64,000 bases of DNA, taken from the IMG/VR virus record IMGVR_UViG_3300020442_001467, positions 9,308-73,307 of that record. The stretch is one strand, 5' to 3'. Shown here in pieces: positions 11,701 to 19,700 of the stretch (the stretch's first letter is position 1; each line of letters starts with the position of its first letter). This stretch comes from a virus. Position numbers and translations under genes: made by a program. The notes below the pieces were generated by a model, which did not search any database, had not been told where the DNA came from, and worked only from the letters and a program-made list of their open reading frames with translations.

Positions 11701-11803
11701 TGATCGTTTTGCTGGTGTGACAAGGGGTGTCGATGGCACCACTGCAGAAGCACATGCTGCAGGTACATTCATCAGGACTATCGGTCTAGAGACAACTCTC
11801 TAA
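2708..11803 (+). CDS. gp7: baseplate wedge initiator gp7-like giant protein (3031 aa) with YHYH-like and cupredoxin-like inserts
   Basis: Lies between gp6 and gp8; LIKNIADFYKVKGT and DSDFYQDYSYVIRS...HPAGF motifs; repeated GSGY..P.V units. Confidence 0.8.
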   Translation: MSNKISSLIETQLPAFIVSEYGNVAAVIEAYYEQLESTGQSLDIISNITSYRDVDFYEKNLLTEQTTLTVGISAAATTIAVADASSFPRKNGYIKIGDEICFYASRTDTEFLEVSRGVSGTTQLGDLYEKSQYTSSDAKFHATSSAVHNLSHLFLYALVKAFEREYLVDVPEVYLKGDIDKRQLIKNIADFYKVKGTDKSIRFIFNSIVSKSADDIPTTYYPKDFTVKVSESNWDAAFALQVIILEGNANWLIGQTIVQQSDKNSPDASYASVSIENVVGIGKVGDYGLFNLIINPNTVNGNFAIPQKTVLDRDLATTQGPGDTITVDSTLGWSAQSGYLQVNNEIIKFEGKGARQFIISERGNITRTHNVGDLVVNYSNVSASTNDGRVKLLVYGTLTNLNVENGEPYSQVGDKVQVSKPGFETKNLVIYDQRANNVRWKVNTSGLTPSVPFNPGVGQGLQKFLSDVSAVYEDSQYYYFATSSYPSTPILTGQTQPVPMVDPQLLKLIPKQTSTTPEVYKTPTRDVGIFVDGSIAFSFKSENNIPYGDIQTYTLTKRGSGYTKPPYVLVNGDSSIALSSLAGDTVNAITTIKSQNYTADPLIEITAGRDGKAEAVITSGEITSIRVIDAGEYYSAPPLVVISDLAGKGRFAEYRAKTNTLGKITEFEKISGGKFYTQENVRVELISEGQNNPASATAEIYRWVQNRFFENELILDDNNGLAVKDVIENEYYYGIAANPKRLRLRLQDSIQNITFQETATVTHSPILGYAYDGNPIYGPYGFSDPLDSSSSIARMNSGYQLKSSRTDGPVDAPYEMGTFVDDYEWVATVDTGKTRLDINNGRFCVTPEFPQGTYAYFITIDATNKPVYPYILGENFYSLPVRSNYESKITQKSIPSDSRRLFIPGTLKNGSGEIAFVDSVSTGFVSSVKIEDSQPNFQVGSRIYVDDSGSGGSGASGIVSSTFGKPVTSIESKELKAVQLTTLNSFYGFLGDTITQEGTGAVGELIRDVSEENEIVLRSVTGTFVPGNEINSSTRVINLLLSQNSTYTQGETLALVLFDDPTTEIATGEILAGTVEQNAVRLKVLSGNFDDYLNYAEGEVILKSSDLGNTAGTEIVIIKELSKNVGVTGVDESIAILETTEAHDFGSGDIIDIIVDPDEATTETTYYVTKKKFQEVSLLDLQYSAKVNDSGIGASTVIGLGKDYYTNTYNDVPLVFANAAKNRDDIVQAKATVVVAGDNFDGSGNIASISITDPGSNYRRDDILTLDPTAIPRVDPADLDQSPNLGMEYTNQQQVEANLSKRFFVAEADYDDFIANEYVAAAFGQNDGGNVNFIYQNTDPDNFSVQYFIVDEEGDDLSTSDTIGGYAITATDTFYPPGSLLPQYVFKDLDTNEVNPDYNLRVGSTLTIPNMGGHTIYVVSDYSTSLALDGYALKIDDYDIATGSSTDQSSPITFTPVFAGTYYYICIAHPEMVGTITVYPSPGSSTPLINVDSAGFGVDRTDLNVTNTFGIAVNDLLSIGSEVIKVVTVDNANKKMTVLRAQEGTSKSDHGDGKEITSFSPTYNFTPGSKLGGNTVNDPVVVSYDKTAKTLVVNWDYDATSTVPLTTVSSIEDQSTPPKVVSISSAEPIKEKLLFSLDNTNFDTNPVVDIQKYYFYKFDVSHPSMLNSYLDISTSPNFNVFTEEKEVGLTEPGNPGAFVRIRLGYGANIGEKTRKDVNFTSYYYFLTNSSTDTEGSFLRVIDDPLSGRKSVTYTTDTKVVYGLDEVPQYDGSGSINYTGRSVGKIASITLDNLGSNYKKLPVIRGVVPADGYKAKVTAVRNATSNEIEAITISDPGQGYSKPELVVASGDGTGLRTVVDTQNGKVTQVRIINGGTFTETPLVDIIETDNKLFFESENIGLPQNVNFVKYGSGFHTDDTIISEYSTPSVFVLRSFDLDAFKPGELIEQRSGQLVTAQGRVAPNGWTKGSNILRLEKITGVFKQNEQIIGKSGKNTAIIDSIKKTTFSPVIVTRDKTLGVFTSDRGKISSGNQKIHDSDFYQDYSYVIRSRTPIKQWRNIIKDTTHPAGFKAFGEVYLETQAPAIMPSSQPVKKTTVILTGPPVNLSTVSTKRTITTSVFKVEDSRVSRGAGSVSVDDFDVTLFKTRELELTPDFDGKYDPQTGLKIGNTQFTIIDKETGTAYTPYNEQELLMTIDGIAQRPGYSFKVTGNQLNFYEPPLGVRIVEDQEVPAQQEYIRSFKFREDTDNARYLKRLQNIADSFDGRTRIFDLRWEDGSVVKTQVNEDLFVYLDGVLQQGSYEIRRFSSPNKTDRIAFNKAPKNYKDLYDADAFPQELQNETYFYGFGVGLYERLGIDERIVPFNTYNSYSIYDSKGDVINVDDDKNLYVYVDGVLQNREFSYKIAGSSIIFNQPLTFAEQADGGYTTARVDIIRLYGKDAQQTVTLFNHEPDVYFNRATVQLDLAGGYDALTTWRTQNTTDTTIVKQGDKVWGDLISVSSDAGNTFKIELRSQNILSDTSLPITFDRNDGAPLTLNPDSFTISYVTNEDGERVLNRLEANYIPYLPTGDAFDSYDYRGEILKQHPNLRVGDKIKIDGEKSYRSIISSPLFARPTEYRDDEQVSNNFFTKIAAGNYNGERFGEGLSVVANITAGKVTSLDWNRRDLSYYFNHGVLINPTAYNYNSAPILNFVPVNGEGGGAKARVIVYGGQIIDIEVVDPGSGYTKAPRVVVSRGYSILRENNHPEFFMTRYTTGGGGQQLVATISAVSSVIPLFDRNLIESLAIIQSPNPLQFNNEYVRVIQPASPAIGMGEVSEQKILSQIQYVAATESPAAVSQPAFTRIFPDNMDLGFESFRAVKTRQYSSGVVALDEQPVNNPHLYSQGKLGTTVSSFIDYLFLDVGYANVSGITLEQLELTYTQFQGISEGVDTWMDNMAINASSLTTDGTLFNPGVPSLQEHVSFLDAPATDVSIVLYVPDTSRFPDSGKLLLGKELVTYTSKSADRFAGVTRGVDGTTAEAHAAGTFIRTIGLETTL

Positions 11804-11811
11804 AAACACCG

Positions 11812-11825
11812 TATAAATATAAATA
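11812..11825 (+). promoter_or_regulatory. tandem overlapping late promoters (TATAAATATAAATA)
   Basis: Two exact TATAAATA at 11812-11819 and 11818-11825, upstream of gp8. Confidence 0.8.
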
Positions 11826-11857
11826 ACACAGAAATCCAACCCGTATCTCTTATTTCA

Positions 11858-13723
11858 ATGGCTGCTATTATCTCGGAAAAGTTCAGAATTTTTAATGCGA
11901 AGCAGTTCCTAGAGTCTCTTACTGAAGGCGCTAGCGATACTGGTGCCGACCGAAGTCGTATGTACTTCTTTGTCGGCAGACCCCAAGCATGGGATTCGTT
12001 TTTAGAAGTATATTCAACAGACGGTGGTTCGTTCACCGTAGGTAACGAAGTATATGTTGGTGCCAACTATGCTGGCGCTACATTCAAGGCAACAATCGCA
12101 AAGATTCTTCCTGAAAGTCTTCTACTCAACTTGGTAGGACCACTTCCAACTAGTGCTCCTGCTCTAGGATCTCTGTTAAAGGAATACGACGGTTCGGCGG
12201 ATACGGGTGTCCAAGCAACCACGGGTGTCTACAGATATTCTACAGAGAACGTTCCTCCTGTACCTCTTGATAACCTAACCGAGAAATTCAGCGTTTATAG
12301 TGACATCATTGCAGCGAAGAGAATCACTTCTTCCTATGCAAGATCTGTTGTAAGAAGATACAATTGGGACACAGCGAACAATCCAAAGTTCGACATGTGG
12401 AAACCCAACTATTCTGCTACCCCTGCTGGTGGTGGTCAGGTCGGTGTTGGAACTGCTCTTGGCGGATCTTCTATCTCTGGAGCAAAGTTCTATGTAATGA
12501 ACCAGGGTTATGAGGTATTCAAATGCCTCTACAACGGTGAGTCTGTTGCTAACCCATCTGGTGTCAACGTAGTTCACGAACCCAAAACTAATCCTTCTGC
12601 TGGTCTCGGTACATATTCTAACGGCATCTTTACTGCTCCTGATGGATCTTACATCTGGAAGTACATGTACACCATGCCTACTGATGATGTACTAGCATTC
12701 CTCTCTTCTGACTTCATGCCTATTGCAGCAGCAGGAGAAGCGAGCAGAGTTGCAACTGAAACTGCAGCAGTATCAGGTTCTCTTGACGTTGCTCTTATTA
12801 GAGACGGCGGAACTGGTCTTACCAACGGCACTTTCTATGCTCCTGTATTAGGAGATGGTACTGGCGGCATTGCTAAACTAACTGTTGCTGCTGGTGTTAT
12901 CACTGGTGCTGAAATGGAAGCAGCAGGTTCTGGTTATACCTATGCATCTATTCCTGTTGTGACTGGTGTTCCTTCTGGAACTGCTGGTAGCACCGAAGCA
13001 ATCGGTCTATTCACTGATACTGCTCTTACAGTATCTCAAGCAGTTGCAGCAACATCTGCTCCATCACTAGAAGTGGTTATCCCCCCACAAGGTGGTCACG
13101 GTTCCGACTTCGAGACCGAATTTAACGCAAAGCGTGTTATGGCAAATATTCGTCTCACTTTCGTTGAAAGTGCTGGCGACTTCCCTGTCGATAACGATTT
13201 CCGCCGTATTGGAATCATCAAAGATCCTCTTGATTACGGTACTACTACTTTCGCTACTTCTGATACCCTTTCTGGATTGAAGGCAGTTAAGATCACTGGA
13301 GCAACTGGAGACTTCACTCCCGATGAGATGATCTCCCAGACCGTCGCTGGTGGCACTGCAAAGGGCACTGTAGTCTCTTGGACCCTAGATGCTGGATCTC
13401 CTACTCCAACACCTTCTACCCCTGGTAGCGGCGTTCTGAAGTACATGCAAAGTTCCGAGTATCACATGGATGCTAACTACATTGTGAGAGAATTTGCGTC
13501 TGACGCTGCTAACGCAATTGTAGGTGCAGATTCTGCTTCTCAAGGTACTGTAGATGTTGCATTGGCAGATGGTACAGAACTAATTGGTTCCGTATTCACC
13601 GATGGTCTGGCAGATCCCGAGATCGAAGCGAACACAGGCGATCTCATATACATAGAGAACAGAAGACTAATCACCAGAGCAGCAGACCAAATTGAGGACA
13701 TCAAGTTAGTCATCGAATTCTGA
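11858..13723 (+). CDS. gp8: baseplate wedge subunit gp8
   Basis: MAAIISEKFRIFNAKQF N-terminus; FYVMN..YEVFKCLYN, DGSYIWKYMY and YIENR..ITRAADQIEDIKLVIEF motifs. Confidence 0.92.
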   Translation: MAAIISEKFRIFNAKQFLESLTEGASDTGADRSRMYFFVGRPQAWDSFLEVYSTDGGSFTVGNEVYVGANYAGATFKATIAKILPESLLLNLVGPLPTSAPALGSLLKEYDGSADTGVQATTGVYRYSTENVPPVPLDNLTEKFSVYSDIIAAKRITSSYARSVVRRYNWDTANNPKFDMWKPNYSATPAGGGQVGVGTALGGSSISGAKFYVMNQGYEVFKCLYNGESVANPSGVNVVHEPKTNPSAGLGTYSNGIFTAPDGSYIWKYMYTMPTDDVLAFLSSDFMPIAAAGEASRVATETAAVSGSLDVALIRDGGTGLTNGTFYAPVLGDGTGGIAKLTVAAGVITGAEMEAAGSGYTYASIPVVTGVPSGTAGSTEAIGLFTDTALTVSQAVAATSAPSLEVVIPPQGGHGSDFETEFNAKRVMANIRLTFVESAGDFPVDNDFRRIGIIKDPLDYGTTTFATSDTLSGLKAVKITGATGDFTPDEMISQTVAGGTAKGTVVSWTLDAGSPTPTPSTPGSGVLKYMQSSEYHMDANYIVREFASDAANAIVGADSASQGTVDVALADGTELIGSVFTDGLADPEIEANTGDLIYIENRRLITRAADQIEDIKLVIEF

Positions 13724-13756
13724 TTATAAACAAAAACAAGACGGTAGTTTAATACA

Positions 13757-16700
13757 ATGCCACAGAAGACTAATCTTAAAGCCGCCCCATATTTTGACGA
13801 CTACGATTCTAGAAAGGATTTTTACAAAGTATTATACAGACCTGGTTACCCTGTACAGGGTAGGGAACTTAATACTACACAATCTATTCTACAGAATCAG
13901 ATCGAAAGCTATGGCAAATATGCTTTCAAACAGGGCGACCTAGTTGTCCCTGGAGAGGTCGGTCTTAACAAAAAACTGGACTTTGTAAAACTATCGTCTG
14001 TTTCTGAAGTTGCTGTTAATGTCGATGGCGAATTAGTATATCAGAAGTACGACATCGATGGTCTAGTTGGTCAGAAGATCAACGGACTATCTTCTGGTGT
14101 TATTGCTATTGTTCAAACTGTTGTAAAAGCAACAGAGAACAATTCCGATACATTATATGTAAAATATTTGACGGCAGGTGACAGTGGAGACGAAGAAACA
14201 TTCCGCCAAGGAGAAACTCTCGAAGTTGTTGATGGCATTAACTCGCCTCTCCTTGTTGTTGGTACTGACGGTAGTGTTCTTCCTACTAGCGTTGCAGTCT
14301 TAAATCCTGATACAAATGAGACTACATTTGTAGATAGTGGTGCCATGGGATTTGGTTCCGCTGTACAAGTGGAAGAAGGTGTTTATTTTGTTAATGGTTA
14401 TTTCGTAAGAAATGATTCTGGTCTTATTGTTGTTGATGGTTACAGCGACAATCCTTCAGTAAAAGTTGGATTTAAAATTGACGAAACCCTAGTTACACCA
14501 GAGGATGAACCCTCTCTGTATGACAATGCTTTTGGGTCTTCTAACTATGCAGCACCTGGAGCACATAGATTACAGATCACATTAAATCTGGTCAAATATC
14601 AGTTTGAACAGACTCCAGATAAGAATTTTATTCAACTCCTATCCATCAAGAATGGAGTTATCCAGAAGCAAGTTAAGCAAGCAGCATATAATACTCTTGA
14701 GAATACTCTTGCAAGAAGAACCTACGATGAATCTGGCGATTACGTAGTAGAAAATTTTGACGTTGATATTAGAGAGTTCTATCAAAGAGATGGAAACTTT
14801 GGTTTGTATCGTGCTGGCGTTGATGGCACAGTAGGACCAAATGGTATTTCTGCAACCGAAGCTGCAGATAAACTAATTGCAACGGTTGGTGCTGGTAAAG
14901 CATATGTTCGTGGTTTTGAAATTGTCAACAAAGAAACCAAGTATCTAGAAATTGATAAAGCAAGAGAAACCCTTGCTAGAGATAATGTAACGATCAAGTC
15001 TAATGGTCTTGCATCTTTCACGCTAACTAACGTATACAACACCCTCCCTCTAAATGCAGAAGGAGCAGATCTTACTGCATATCCAACTATCTTCCTGAAT
15101 GCTGCATATAATGACGGCACCATTGGATTCAATAATCTAGAAGATGTCACTGAATACAGACAGACTATTTCTAGAAGAGGACAAGGGTTCGACAAAGATG
15201 ATGCTATTAAGACTATCTGGGTACAGGCATCTGCCGATCTAGGTCTTATTGACGATACCAGTATTTCCGATTCCCCTGGTGCTGGAAAACTGGATTTAAG
15301 AACTTTGTACTTTGTTCAGACCAGAACAGACACTGGTGGTGTAGCAACAACAAATACTGTTAAGTGTCTATCATTTGCAAAAGTCACCAGACCTGAAATT
15401 GGTGATGTAAATGCACAATTCCTTCAGTTGACAGTTGCTGGCAGAAAAGATTTACTGGATGACTTCTTCATTGAGTATGACGATAACGTAGCAACAAGAA
15501 GAAGATTCTTATACACCAGTCTTGCTAATGTTCAGCAAGAAGTTAACAACGTAGGATACATTGTAGATTATTCCGACAGCATTGTTCCTGTCATCGGTGT
15601 AGCAAAACCAAAAGACTTTACTCTCGTTAAGAGACCAGAGGGATTCAATCAAGATACAGATATCATTATCTCTCGTGGAAAACTTGCTGATGGTAGACAG
15701 ACATACAATGGCAACTTCGATCTCTCTTATTTCAATCCAGTATTTTTCACCAGACTTTTCGTAGATTCTCCTGTCACTCCAGCCTTCGCACCTGGTAAGT
15801 ACATTTATGGCACTACAAGCGGCGCGTATGGCATTGTAGAGGGTTCTTCTAATGGTTACATGTCATTGGGTAGAAGTCTGTTTGTAAAGACCTTGTACGG
15901 CAATTTCCTGCCTGGTGAGACTATCAACAGCGAAGAAGGTTCAGTCCTACGTATTCCAAAGAACAACACCATCTCCCACTTCGTTGTACAACGTCAAGGA
16001 ACTGGTTACGTTGCAGGATCGAAAATCAATGTCAACGGCACTCTATTTGAAAGTGCTGATATCGAAGTTGGTATTGATGGTGGTACTGTTTACAAGATTG
16101 TAATTAAGAACAGAGATGCAGTGCAAACTGAATTTGCTGCACCTCCTATTTGTGAAGTAACTGGAGCGAATACAATTGCTGTAGGTATTGCTCCTGTATT
16201 GTATAGAGATACAGTCTTGACATACACAGCACAGAATGTCAAATCTTTGTATTCTGAATTTGGATCTAATAATAAGTTCTCTGCTGACATCGAAACTACT
16301 GAAGGTAGTCTTTCTGATACAAGAAACGTAACCGAGTCTACTTTCTCTGGTACGAAAGGATATAAGTTTATTGAGTGCAATGCGTTCGGATCCGACGCAT
16401 CTCTTATTCTTGTTCAGGGTGACATCATTCAATTCAACGATGATACTGGAAGAGTTAACAAGTTCACTGTCGAACTAGTAACCACACCGAGAGGAACCGA
16501 CAAGTCTAGAATCTACTTGAATGGTGCGCTGCCCGATACTATGACAGCAAAAACTGTCATTAGACAACGTGGAAAGATTAACAATGGTTCTACATCCACA
16601 TTGATCTTCCCAACAGGAAGTAAAGAAGTTGGCAGTTTGGTTAAGTCAACTGAAGATACCAAACTAACTTATTACATCAGAAGAGACTTTGTAACCACTG

Positions 16701-19700
16701 GCAGTGATAATGGTGGTAACATTACTTTTGCTGCACAATTAGACTTTGGTACACAGAGATTTACTCAATTTACAGAAAGAGATTTCCTCATCACTGTCCT
16801 AGACAAAGGTGGTTCTGACCTAGTAGAAACTGGCGATGTTGTTTATGTTTCTTCAGAGTTTGTCAAGATTCTGAATACTACAGATGCTACCTCTGGTTTG
16901 TCTTCTGGTAGTATCACCCTGACTTTCCCTGGTAACTACTTTGGCAACAACGTAACCAACTTCCCCAAACTGAAGTTGACTGCTACCATTGAGGTCTCAA
17001 AAGGTAGACCAAAACTCAAGACAGCAATTAAGAATAAGAGAGTCGTTATCCAATCTCCTGGAGACCAGGTTCTACCTCTCCGTGGTTTGGACTATGATAG
17101 CGACAGCACCGAAGTATTCTCCTATTCAGATGCATTCCGTATCAGATACATCTATGAAGGATCATCTTCTGCTCCCCCAACTGTTGATGTCAATGGCAAT
17201 CTGGTTGTTGGTACAGATCTTACTAACAGATTTACTTTTGATGATGGACAAAGGGATACATTCTATGACGTATCCAGAATCGTTCTGAAACCTGGATTTA
17301 GTCCACCAACAGGTCAACTAGTTGTTGCTTTCGATTACTTCGAGCATTCTCAAGGAGACTTCTGCACTGTTGACTCTTACATCCATGAAGCAGGTGTAGT
17401 CCTAGATGAGATTCCTGATTTCAACTCTAACGTTCATGGCAACGTAAGTCTGAAGAATGTTATTGACTTCAGACCAAAAGTAGACTCTACTGCAATTATT
17501 CCTGGATATCAGGACACATCACTACTGTCACAATCAGAGTACATCAACTTCATTGGACCTGGTGGTTCTGTTTCTAGCACACCATCTTCTGCTAGAAATC
17601 TTCCTTACACTATCTCATTCAGTGAGTCACAGTTCCTTGACAGAATTGATGGCGTCTTCCTCACCAAGAAGGGCGAATTCGTTGTCAAGAAAGGTAATGC
17701 ATCTCTTAACCCAAGCAAACCAGAGATTATCGAAGATGGCATTCCTCTCTACTACATGTTCATCCCTGCGTTTACGAAGTCCAGCAAGGATGTAAGAATT
17801 ACTCCTGTTGACAACCGTCGTTACACAATGCGTGACATCGGTAAACTAGAGAAGCGTATTGAACGACTTGAGTATTACACTACGTTGAGCATTCTTGAGC
17901 AGCAAGCTCTCAACATGCAAGTCAAAGATACTCTTGGTATTGATAAGACAAAGAGTGGTTTCTTGGTTGATAACTATGAAACTCATAATGTCGGTAACGT
18001 CAAGTCTATCGACCACCTCTGTTCTATTGATGCACAACAGTCTGTATTGAGACCTCAATCTAAAGAAGACAGTTTTACACTCAAAGAAGTCAACAGAAGA
18101 GATGACCAGAGAAACATTTCTGGATATACAAACTCTAATGGTGTTATCACACTTCCATACACCAACGTTGTGTATGCACAAAATCAATTTGCAACTAGTA
18201 CAGTAAATCCAAACCCATTCGTTGTTCTACAATATGTTGGCGATGCTGCACTAATGCCAAACATCGACCAATGGTATAACAGTGCAGTTGCACCGTTGGT
18301 AACCGAAAACAATACTAATCTGTTCTCTGTCTTCTTGGCAAAACAAGATGCACGAGTAGCATTCTCTAGTATCTACAACTCCTTTGTAATTAACTGGGTC
18401 GGTGTAAACAAAACCTTCTATAACTTGAAGAGTTTTGCAGAGAACAACGGAAGATCTGCCGAGTCTACTGTGAGCAGTGCTGCCATTGGGTCCTCTTCTA
18501 ATGTCAGTCCACAAAACAATGAGATTGCGAAGGGAGTCGGATACAAGACAGTTAATGGAACTAACGTATCTAATGCACTGAAGTTCTATGCCAGATCTGT
18601 TCCTGTTAAGTATGTCGTAAGACGTATGAAACCAAAGACGAAACTACACGTCTTTATGGAAGGCAGAGACATCTCTAGATGGATTAACCCAGACTCTAGA
18701 TTTACTGGTATTGCTGGAAACTCTTCTACTACATTTGGTAGTGGTATTACAACAGATCAATATGGCAATGCTAGCGGTATCATTCTAGTACCATCGGGAT
18801 ATGCACCTAGAGAGAATTCTTTCTGGACTGGTAACATCGATACCATGCTATATGATGACACCTCCGAAGAAGTATATTTCTCCACAGGTATCAAGACAAT
18901 CAGATTTACTTCTAGTTCTACTGATGCTCCTATTACTGATGTAAATGGAGTCAGTTCTTTCGCTGAAGTCAAGTTCTATGCTACTGGTATTCTGCCAGAG
19001 AACCCTGCATCTATTATCTCTACTGCACCAGCATTCTTCAAAGCAAACGAAGGTGTACAGGAGATTGATAGTAACACAGAGAACAAAGAAAGACCAAACC
19101 CAATGGCACAGACTTTCAAAGTCGAAAGCTTTGAGGGTGGTATGTTTGCAACAGGCGTTGACCTGTTCTTCTCCGAGAAGAGTGCTACTGTTCCATTAAG
19201 AGTTTATCTCTCTAACGTAGAAGCAGACAAACCTGGTAAGTACATCCTTCCTGGATCTATCAGGACTCTCTATCCAGATACTTTCCTGAAGGTATATTCT
19301 TCTGGAAATATTACTATTCAACAGGGAGAAGATGTCACTGGCAACAGAAGTCTTGCTAAAGGACCTATTGCTAAAGTTCTTGATAGAAACAATTTTGAAG
19401 TTACCCCTTCCAGTAATGGCGAGATCTCTCTAACAAATGAGCAGACTTATACGTTCATCTTGAATAATCACAACGGAAGAGATTTCCTACAGAACGAAGA
19501 TTTGACTATCGGCACAGTTACTGCATACAACAATGCTAACAATGCTACAGTAGGTCTGAAGATTGCTAAAGACTCTGGTCGTGTATCCAAACTGAATATT
19601 ACCAATTTGGGTTCTGGATACGAAAGCGCAACCATCACTATTGAAAGTCCACAACTACCTGGCGGAAGCAACGCTACTGGATCTGTTAAAGTATCTAGTG